From NCBI GenBank assembly GCA_951406725.2, contig OX597837.1, forward strand, positions 3,100,001 through 3,164,000: DNA of 64,000 bases. The letters are read 5' to 3'. Within the stretch, counting starts at the first letter, position 1. Every line of letters begins with the position of its first letter. Positions 53,771-64,000 of this stretch are shown here, in pieces. The DNA comes from Octopus vulgaris. Taxonomy: Eukaryota. The translations under genes were made by a program, and so were the position numbers. A model generated the notes under the pieces. The model was not told where the DNA came from. It searched no databases and saw only the letters and a program-made list of their open reading frames with translations.

Positions 53771-55069
53771 GTTGAATTATAATAAAAAATTTCACTTACC
53801 GATATTAATGTCTTGAAAAAAAGAATGATAACATTTAAAGTGTCGAAATCCCACCATGACCAATTTTGTTTTCATCCCCCTGAGATCTAAATGAATCAGG
53901 TACCAGTTATATACTGAGTCAATATCTCAACTGTTCCCTCTCGCAAAATTTCTGGTAATGTGTTTATGCAAGAAATTAATTTAATTTTGTTTCTTGTTAT
54001 AATTTTAATGAGATGAATGAGCTGGCCACTTTCTAACCATGAACCCAATTCTAGACACAGTTTCAGAGATAGACACATCCACATATTATTCATAACTGAA
54101 AGACTTGTACGAATTTTGTGTCTGGCGATAAAAACTACAGAAATCCCTTGTTCACAACAATACAGGAATTGAAACAGCAAAATACAGTTGCTGTATTAGG
54201 TTCATCGTGTTTATTTTAAAATCCCAGTGACCTTTTTTGAAATGTCACATATCCTTGCATTTTGTCTTCCGTACCCCAGTTTGGGAATCAGGCGAAAAGA
54301 GGGAGAAAAAACTCAAAACACCGAGAATTCCAACATTGTCCAGATGTTTGAATGTTAGGCTTAAAACACTAAGGGATGTGACTCAGGATTACCACAGGAT
54401 ATTTAATTCATTGCTCTGCCCATTCTACCAATCAGCCAGTTGGCCACAAGGGTCGCAATAATGAACATCTGGACAATACAAAAGCTAAAGCTAGTGGGGG
54501 TTTACATACACATGTGTAGACAATAACAATTAGAAAGAAAATTGATAAGAAAATTCCCTAATAGATAAAGTAGTGGACAGTACGACCCAGGGACCAAGGA
54601 ACACCACTGACCACTAAAGACATCAGAATGAAGCACCTGTCTCCCGTTTGTGCCTTCCATCCAGCAAGTGCCGTCTTAGAGAAGGCCAACACATCTGAGC
54701 TACCCTCATCATATTCACCCACCTTTCAACAAATTTACTGAGGTGGAAAGAGCTAATACCAACCTCACCAACCTCACTTTAATAATAAAAATGGACTTAT
54801 TTTATCGACCCCAAAAGGATGAAAGGTAAAACCGACTTTGGCGAAATCTGAACTCAAAATGTACAGACAGACAAAATACTGTTAAGCATTTTTCCCAGTG
54901 TGCTAACGATTCTACCAGCTCACTGCCTTAATATTAGTAATAATAGTTACCAATTCTAAGGTATGTACAACATTCCAAATATTTACAAGAAGAAAGGAGA
55001 TGGTAGGGCAACCATCTATTTGGGGCTTAACAGCAGCAGCAAGAAGAAGAAATATTTAGGGTTTCTTAC

Positions 55070-55193
55070 ATGTCTTTCTCTTTAAATTGGTTGTACATCC
55101 ATGTTTTAAAAGAGTCGTCTGAATGAGGAATATCCTCTATGTTGATTCGATTGATGTGAATGTGAACTTCTGGTTTCTTCTCTGATAAAAAAT
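55070..55193 (-). CDS. AGPAT5: AGPAT5 penultimate coding exon (124 nt)
   Basis: ttgcAG acceptor and GTAAG donor; FLSEKKPEVHIHINRINIEDIPHSDDSFKTWMYNQFKEKD; phase 1 in, phase 2 out, consistent with neighbouring exons. Confidence 0.9.
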
Positions 55194-55317
55194 CTGCAAT
55201 ATACATACAATATATACATATATACAATCTACAATGTATAATTACTAACATATATATTGGTACGTTTATATATTTGTTGTGCAAGATTTTTTATGTGAAA
55301 TCGTGTGTTGAAGCAGA

Positions 55318-58247
55318 TATTGTTGTATTTCGGAATGGTCATTTTGCCAGTTTAGCCAATAAAAACACACACACTATATATTTGGTGTTACTTTGCTTCA
55401 GTGTTATTTATTTTTTACATTAAACTTAATCTTATTTCGGCCAGAGTTCTTTCATCACACTCCTGTGACCGCATCAGTGGTCTTTTGCTTTCTTCTTTCT
55501 TATTTGTGTGTCTCTCCTTACTAACCGTCAGCTATTTTGTATTTCTATTGTATGTCTTCATTTGTGCATGCGTATATCTCTGTGTGTGGGAAAATGCCAG
55601 TAATATTTGTATCTTCTGTTTATAAACGTTCGTGTAATTTGTTTTTGTTTTTGTTTATTCTTATTTTGTTCATGTTTACATCCACTTATTATTATTATTA
55701 TCATTATTATCATTATTATTACATATGCTTGTATGTATGTATGTATAACAACAATACTAGTAATAATAATAATAATAATAATGATAATAAAAAATTTTTT
55801 TAATTTAAAACTGGACACTCTGGTATTTGTGGCTATCATACCAAGAGTTGACCTTCCCTATTTTCTTCTTAGTCTTTTCCATAGTGTTCCATGACTTGCT
55901 CCTATAGAGTGGGCAAATCCCATTCCTATCATTACATAATATATTATCAAATTTCTTCATGGCTCCTTTGTATACTCTGATCCTTTCTTTATGGCTGTAA
56001 CCTGAGAACTGCATGCGGTGAACGAAATGTTGTATGTGTCTCTTTAACTCTGTAGGCTCGCACATGCGGGACACATTTCACATTATTCTGACGAGGTCTG
56101 CCATCAAAATATTGAATTTGGCATTGTCCGCAATGGCTGAGTTCCAGTGGATCAAGTATTTGGAGGCCATAGGTTTAGCATAGTACGAATGAAGGATTTG
56201 GGTTTTATTATTCACAGTTTCTAGCCAGAATTCTGTGTCTAGTACTGGTAGTCTATGGTTGGGGTGTTTAGTTGAATGAGGAACAGAGAGGTGGTATGCC
56301 TTCCCACAGATAAGTCCGGCAGGATGTCAATAGACAGCTTACCGAACTACATCCAGGCAATGCAACCTCATATCGCCAATACGAAAGTAACAACTTTACA
56401 GGCGCATGAGGAGAGAGAAAAGGTCCTCAATGCCCACATGATGATGTGGACAATTGTTCTGGGACCCCAGAAACGCACAGCTAACAATTTCCAAGCCTGG
56501 AACAACGATATCCCAGCACTGTATGGACTTCGCAAGGACCATATAACCACTGACCCTATAGCAGGACCACCAACAAGACCAGTCTGTGGAGCGAACATCG
56601 CTAGCAACTACAGAATCTCCTACTTCCTCTCAATGATCATACACCCTATAATCTGGATGTCACCTGATGTTTGTGACAGCATGGAAGATCTCCTCAACAG
56701 AATCAATGACTGTAACAACACTTGCAACCTGACAGGATGTATGGTGGGTAGCATGGATATGGTATCCCTATACCCATCGATCGACGTGGATTTTGCGGTG
56801 GAGAAGTGCGTGGAAATGATCAACGAGAGCAAGGTGGAGTTCCGCAATGTCAACACAGAGGAACTGGGCCTCCTACTTAGACTGACATATGACAACGAAT
56901 ACCTAGATAAACATGATCTTAGTAGTTTCTGCCCCAGTAGACGTTTAAGAGGTAGACCACCCATAATTACTTCTATGGCTAGGAAGACCCATATAGAGAG
57001 ACGGAGCGGATGGATCAGAGCCATACGGAGCCCCGCAAATGTCCATCAGGTAAAGAAAATGATCACACATGCACTAGGAGCTAGTATAAGAGTTACCCTA
57101 AAAGGCCACACGTTTAAATTTAACAATAAAATATATGCCCAGGACGAGGGGGCAGCCATCGGCGTTAGTATCGCCAGTGATGTGGCCAACCTTTACATGG
57201 TATGGTGGGACAGAAGGCTTAAGGAACGCCTAACACAGAACTCCATACTTGTGAACATGTGCTCTCGCTATGTTGATGATATCAATATAGTGGTAAAGGC
57301 ACCTCCACAAGAGAGTACTGTTGAAATAGAAATAGAAACTAATACTATAGAGAGCATCCAGCAAATAGCTAACTCCATCCACCAGAGTAGACTACCCAAC
57401 TAAACACCCTAACCATAGTGCTAGACACAGAACTCTGGCTAGAAACTGTGAATGATAAAACCCAAATTCTTCATTCGTACTATGACACGGCAACGACGGG
57501 TCATAATGCTTGTAGAAGATAAACCTAGCCTGAATAGGAAACTGGAATGGAACACTAGCACACATCACAACATATGACAGAAGAGGGTCCCCATAAACTG
57601 GTTACAATATAAACAAAACTGAAAACATAATAAAATAAAATACACAGATAAATAAACAAATGGAAGTAAATAACTATATGCATTTAAAAAAAAAAAAAAA
57701 AAAAATTTTTTTTTAATTTAAAAAATTTTTTAAAAAATTAAAAAATTTTTTTTATTATCATTATTATTATTACTAGTATTGTTGTTATACATACAAGCAT
57801 ACGTAATAATAATAATAATAACAATAATGATAATAATAATAATAATAAGTAGATGTAAACATGAACAAAATAAGAATAAACAAAAACAAAAACAAATTAC
57901 ACGAACGTATATAAACAGAAGATACAAATATTACAGGCATTTCTCCCCCCCACACACACACTAACTAAACATAGACACACACAGAGATATACACATGCGC
58001 AAATGAAGACATACAATAGAAATACAAAATGGCTGACGGTTAAGTAAGGAGAGACACACAAATAAGAAAGAAGAAAGCAAAAGACCACTGATGCAGTCAC
58101 AGGAGTGTGACGAAAGGACTCTGGCCGAAAAAAGATTAAGTTTAATGTAAAAAATGAATAACACTGAAGCAAAGTAACACCAAATATATAGTGCGTGTGT
58201 TTTTATTGGCTAAACTGGCAAAATGACCATTCCGAAATACAACAACA
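55318..58247. mobile_element. Rearranged Penelope-like RT element bounded by ~480-bp inverted repeats
   Basis: Plus-strand RT 56276-57403 (PTDKSG, LYGLRKDH, SMDMVSLYPSI, GAAIG, RYVDD); its C-terminal continuation is on the minus strand at 55805-56275; 55318-55803 is inverted relative to ~57740-58247. Confidence 0.8.
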
Positions 58248-58251
58248 TATA

Positions 58252-58835
58252 TATTGGGTCATCCCATAAATAATGCGGATTTTTCAATTGCATGAAGAAA
58301 AAGTCGGAGGGGGACTGGATAAACTACCTGCATCAACTTGCTATAAAAGTAGGTAGTAATTTTACCTTGTCCTTATTCTTAGTGCAAGTTTTGAAGAGTA
58401 CAGTTTGATTTTAACAGTTATTTTTCCAAAGCTATAAATGGAAGTAACAAAGGATATTTTGCTTTATGAGTTCAATAAAGGCAACACCACAACAGAAAGT
58501 GCAAAGTATATTAATACAATATTAATACAATATGGAGATCAGACAATAAGCGTAAGCTAGTGTCAATGGTGGTTCCAGAAATTCTGAGCCAGAAACTACA
58601 GCCTAGAAGACAAGCCTCATCCTGGAAATTCTGTAGACTTTGACAAGGACGTCCTGCAAACCCTGGAGAAACAAAATCCCATCATAACTGTTGAGGAACA
58701 AGCAGAGAAGCTTGAATTTGGTCATTCAACCATTCATTGATACTTGCGCTAGAAGAAAAATGACCATCTTTGGTTTCAAGATGAAAGATGTTCTTCCATC
58801 AGGATAATGCTCTGCCACATACAGCAATGATGACT
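58252..58835 (+). mobile_element. Internally deleted mariner remnant
   Basis: TA-ttgggtcatcccataa left end; LLYEFNKG...WFQKF...SLEDKPHPG HTH region; FHQDNALPH. Confidence 0.75.
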
Positions 58836-60195
58836 CAAGCTCATACCTCAACTTCCCCTCCTCCCACCCTAAACACACCAAGCTCTCCATCCCCAATTCT
58901 CAATTCCTCCGTCTGTGCAGGCTCCACAGTGACAACCATGACTTTGAGAGATTCAGTCTCAATTCATGGCTCACCACTTCATCTTATGTGGATATCCCCT
59001 CACTGCTATCCCCACTGCCCTTGCCAGAGCACGTTCCGTGGACCGTGCATCTGCTCTCTCCTCCCGTACCCGCCCTACCATCACCCGTCTCCCATTTCCC
59101 CTCGACCCTACCTCTCCAATGCACCATTCTCTGAGCCTTCTGGCAAGTCCAGTCTAACCCCTCCACTTCGCACATCTTCCCTAACCAACACCTCCCCTCC
59201 TTCAAACGAGCTCACAACCTACGTGACCCACAGTTTCTTCCCTAACCCAACCTCCCAACCTGGCTCATTCCCCTGCTCCCACCCATGCTGCCCCACTTGC
59301 CCTTACCTCTCCAACACCACCATCCTCACTGGCACCCATCATCAACCCTATTGTATTACTGACTCCTTCACCTACACTTCTAGCAACGTCATCTACTGCA
59401 TCTCCTGCTCTCTCTGTCCTTCTCTGTACATCAGTCAAACGGGACGCCATTTGGCTGACTGGTTTACGGGACATCTTCGAGACATCAGACTCAGCAACGA
59501 CACCCTGGTCTTGTGCCATTTCCACTCTACCTGTCATTTTTTACAACACCTGTCTGTATTTGGACTATCCTTGCACAGGGGCCATCCGGACTCCCGTCTT
59601 CGCTGTGAACAAGAATTAATCTTCTCTCTTTGCACCACATGGGCTCAACTCTCCTCTCTTCTTTCACATCTATTTCCTCCTTTCACTCCCACCCACCTCT
59701 CCTCTCTTGCTGACACCTACTTCTTCTCTTCACTCCTACCCACCTTCTCCCTTCATCATTACCCCACCCACCATCCCGATACACCCCCACCCCACCCCAC
59801 ACATTCTACTCCCACATCATATCACACACTAGCACTGGCCACTTCCCAGCACCCACACACGCATATGTCAAGATCAACAGCCCCCTTCCACACGCACATA
59901 CATGCTCTCACATACACATGCACGCGCACCTTCATTTTGGGATCACCCCTACTTATTTTTTATCTTCCCTTCTTCCTAGCTCTCCTGTCTGACCACCTCT
60001 GTCTGGCATTCACCATGATTGATCACTAGCCACTAAACCTTTTTTATTTTCTCTCCCTGTTTATTTCTTTGTTCCTTTCTATTGAATAGTGTAGGCTCGA
60101 AACGTAGAAGACCTCACTTCCCGAGCGTTAAACTAATACATCTGTTTGTTCTTTACACACCCATCTTTGTCTTTTGTTTTGTTTTTGTATATTTC
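58836..60195 (+). mobile_element. Degenerate Penelope-like GIY-YIG element (paralogue of 23722-25470) with terminal repeat
   Basis: SSNVIYCISCSLCPSLYISQTGRHLAD; decayed hammerhead-like motif at ~60075-60110. Confidence 0.8.
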
Positions 60196-60200
60196 AACTA

Positions 60201-60680
60201 CCGTAAATCCTCAAGTATAATCCACATTTTTTCCCCAAAATTTAAAGGTCAAAATCCCCAGTGCGTGTTATACATGAGGTTAAAAATGAAAATTATTTTC
60301 TAAACAATGTTTGAGTTTCTATTTGTGATGTTGGGCGCAAAAATACCTTAAGCTAAGTCTGAAAACAATGAAGTCATAAAAGAATCATCCATAACTTGCA
60401 GTGAACAACATTTATTAAACGTTATTACTGTTATATCTGTATTTTCTGCAAACAAAATGCACAAAAAAGCTACACGTTTGCATTATGTTATATATACAAT
60501 AATAATAAAGTATGTTACCATATACATTTTTACAAACCAAAGACATTATATAGACCTCCTTGAATCAAGTTAGAGAAGGGGTGCGTATTATACACAAGGT
60601 TTAGTTTATTCAGAGGTGCAGCACCCTAAAAATCCCCTGCATATTATACTCAAGGGTGGACTATACTCTAGGATTTACGG
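60201..60680. mobile_element. Tc1/pogo-type MITE
   Basis: TA-ccgtaaatcctcaagtataatcc ... ggactatactctaggatttacgg-TA; terminal inverted repeats with TA target duplication. Confidence 0.75.
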
Positions 60681-61199
60681 TATATATATATATTGCACTA
60701 ATAATTATATGGAGCGTGAAAGTGAGATAGACCGAGGAAGAGGTGGAAGGGACAGGTGGAGGAGGAGACTGGGAGGGTTGGTTTAGAAAAAGGAGAGTGC
60801 CCAAAACAGGGCGAGATGGTGTGAGGGCAGTTGCATTGGCATTGGGGTAGATCTGACCACCCCCATTAACGGGGACAAAACTTGGATTTAAAACACTGGA
60901 TGAACATTATTATGATAATGATATAAGCATAAACATGCAAATATTTATGAATAAGTTGCATATGTATGTTCTTTTATTCTTTTACTGGTTTTAGTCACTT
61001 CACTGCAGCCATGCTGGAGCACCAGCTTGAAGGGTTTTATTCAAGCAAATCGACCCAATATTTATATTTTAAGTCTAATACTTATTCTATCAGTCTCTTG
61101 CTGAGCTGCTAAGTTACAGGGATGTAAACACACAAACACTGGCTCTCAAGGGGTGATAGTGGGGACAAACTCAGACACAAACACACAGATATATACATA

Positions 61200-61232
<33 letters not shown>

Positions 61233-61647
61233 GTCCGCTGAATTTTTCTCGAGAACATTCTTTCTTTGTAGTTTGATCACAGGTGATCTATTTCTAGCAT
61301 ATGGCTGTCTACATACTAGTTTTTACCCCTTTAAATATACACATGTATTAGAATTTTCTCTGATTTTTCAGATTTTTGTATGCTAGGCTACTGGTTTTAA
61401 ATTGATATTAATTAAATTAATAATTAATTTATCTCCCTCATTACTTAAATGTTAAAATAAATATATTCTCTAATAGGCGACATTAACTGCAGTAAATTAT
61501 TTACTGCAGTTTTTGTTTCCAGAATTTAGCACGCCAGAACTCAGACATTTGAAATTAACCCCAATGTAATCAGTGGAACTAAGCACGTGTCTGTTTTTAT
61601 ATGGAAAACTGGTGGTTAGTTTTACAAATTATATTGCTTTTGGAACG

Positions 61648-61722
61648 ATCGTACTGACGAGTCCTATGGACAAAGGATTACGTAAGTGATTTATTCATTA
61701 ATAGGCGAAACCAGTTTGCGAT
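61648..61722 (+). ncRNA. Hammerhead ribozyme motif with canonical core
   Basis: atcgta-CTGACGA-gtcctat...ataggc-GAAA-CCAG-TT-tgcgat; 6-bp stem I. Confidence 0.65.
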
Positions 61723-62172
61723 TAATTCTTGTTTTTTATATAATTTTCATCTGTCTTGCCCGCATATTGTTTTGGTTCTCTCTAGAGAACATTCTTTTCT
61801 TTGTAGTTTGATCATAGGTGATCTTCTTCTAGCATACGGCTGTCCACATAGTGGTTTTTAGCCCTTTAAATATACACATGTATATATATACACAATGGGC
61901 TTCTTTCAGTTTCCGTTTACCATATTCACTCACAAAGCTTTGGTCACCTCAAGGCTATAGTAGAAAACACTTCCCCAAGGTGCCACACTGTGGAACTGAA
62001 CCCGGAACCATGTGGTTGGAAAGCATGCTTTTTACCATACAACTACTCGTGCATTTATGTATTGAAGACAAGAAAAAATAAGATTAATAGAAAAAGAGGG
62101 TTGATTGGTAATGATGTTAATGATTGATGATGATTGATGATGAGTGACAGAAAATTCGGCTTTGGTCCTTAC

Positions 62173-62337
62173 TCTGCATCCCAGGTGCTCTCTGTCGCAG
62201 CCCTGTGTTGGGGTCAACAGTATTGCTGTAGCCAATAGTGATGTCATAGACTGCATCCACGTGGTCCCGCAGATGATCGATGCCTGTCTTAAAACCCCTC
62301 ATTCTTGGTGTCAAAACATATTCGTAAGGATGAAGAC
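62173..62337 (-). CDS. AGPAT5: AGPAT5 internal coding exon (165 nt); upstream exons lie beyond the window end
   Basis: gtgcAG acceptor and GTAAG donor, phase 1-1; GLHPYEYVLTPRMRGF...VDAVYDITIGY contains the acyltransferase VLTPR and YDxT motifs. Confidence 0.9.
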
Positions 62338-62390
62338 CTGCACAAGAGAGATAACGAGAATTTATACACGTATTATGTGTGTGTGTGTGT

Positions 62391-62455
<65 letters not shown>

Positions 62456-62683
62456 CACACACGAACGTACATACACATGTAGTATGTATGAATGAGTATA
62501 TATACATATGTATATATATATATATACATATATATATAAGAAAATAGTAAAGAGTGAAAAAACAACAGAAGGCTTAAATGTTAAAAAATATATATATTTG
62601 TGTCAAAATGTCTGGAGAATATTGGAAAAATTTTTTTCCTTTCCTTAAAATGACATAATTTTATAATTTTTAAAATTTTTAAA

Positions 62684-62718
62684 GAAATACCGGTTTCGCG
62701 TGTAGCTTTTCAAATTTC
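62684..62718 (-). ncRNA. Minimal hammerhead-like motif (U3-A8 core)
   Basis: Reverse complement gaaat-TTGAAAA-gc tacac gc-GAAA-CCGG-TA-tttc. Confidence 0.45.
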
Positions 62719-62719
62719 T

Positions 62720-63366
<647 letters not shown>

Positions 63367-63488
63367 TTTCAAGTGCTGTGTTTTTACTGAGATCCCCTTT
63401 AGTAGAAGGAATAGCTATATCTCTTTGACTGCTATTTCTAAATTCGGTGTGTTGGTGAGCCGTTGCATAAACCCTTAATACTTAGTAT

Positions 63489-63524
<36 letters not shown>

Positions 63525-63525
<1 letters not shown>

Positions 63526-64000
63526 TCATCATCATCATCATCATCATCGTTTAGCGTCCGTTTTCCATGCTAGCATGGGTTGGACGGTTCTACTGGGGTC
63601 TGTGAAGCCAGAAGGCTTCATCAGGCCCAGTCAAATCTGGCAGTGTTTCTACGGCTGGATGCCCTTCCTAACGCCAACCACTCCGTGAGTGTAGTGGGTG
63701 CTTTTTACGTGCCACCCGCACAGGTGCCAGACAGAGCTGGCAAACGGCCACGAACGGATGGTGCTTTTTATGTGCCACCGGCACAAGGGCCAGGCGAGGC
63801 TGGCAACGGACACGAAACGGGGCGGTGCTGGCAACGGTCGCGAAACGGAAGGTTCTCTTACATGCCACCGGCACTGGTAACACATCTGCAATTTCCATTG
63901 ATCGATTTCCATTCTGATCCTCACTTGCCTCAACGGGTCTTCACAAGTAGAGTTTCGACATGCCACCGGCACTGGTAACACATCTGCAATTTCCATTGAT
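63525..64000 (-). mobile_element. RTE LINE 3' UTR/tail copy
   Basis: Reverse complement of the ~35365-35824 segment, including the (GAT)n tail. Confidence 0.85.

Noticed and set aside
58788-60029. 413-aa mariner-GIY-YIG fusion protein
   Set aside because: Chance junction of two decayed elements; much of the Penelope part is out of frame and the YIG motif is mutated

Overview
AT-rich, repeat-dominated animal genomic DNA. The (TA)n/(CA)n microsatellite load and the SINE/LINE families resemble a coleoid cephalopod such as Octopus (inference). Host genes: the first coding exon of cystathionine gamma-lyase (CTH, minus strand, 1926-2087); an intron-less FAM162-family ORF (plus strand, ~29450-29854); and the last three coding exons of AGPAT5 (minus strand, 62337-62173, 55193-55070, 44792-44567), whose splice phases join into one frame. 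The rest is mostly mobile DNA: a near-full-length but inactivated RTE LINE with a PHD-like C4HC3 finger inside ORF2, Tx1/L1, CR1 and RTE-BovB fragments, several Penelope-like (GIY-YIG) elements, mariner/hAT/pogo-type remnants, non-autonomous Helitron-like elements and tRNA-derived SINEs. The main signals the ORF track misses are: (i) more than a dozen minimal hammerhead-ribozyme-like motifs with several core variants, linked to Penelope termini and fold-back duplications; (ii) a ~650 bp non-coding, retrozyme-like unit; (iii) an ~11-unit tandem array of a pseudoknot-forming retroposon tail in an AGPAT5 intron. Most Y/I/C/V-rich ORFs are microsatellite artefacts. All calls are by eye; repeat boundaries are approximate.
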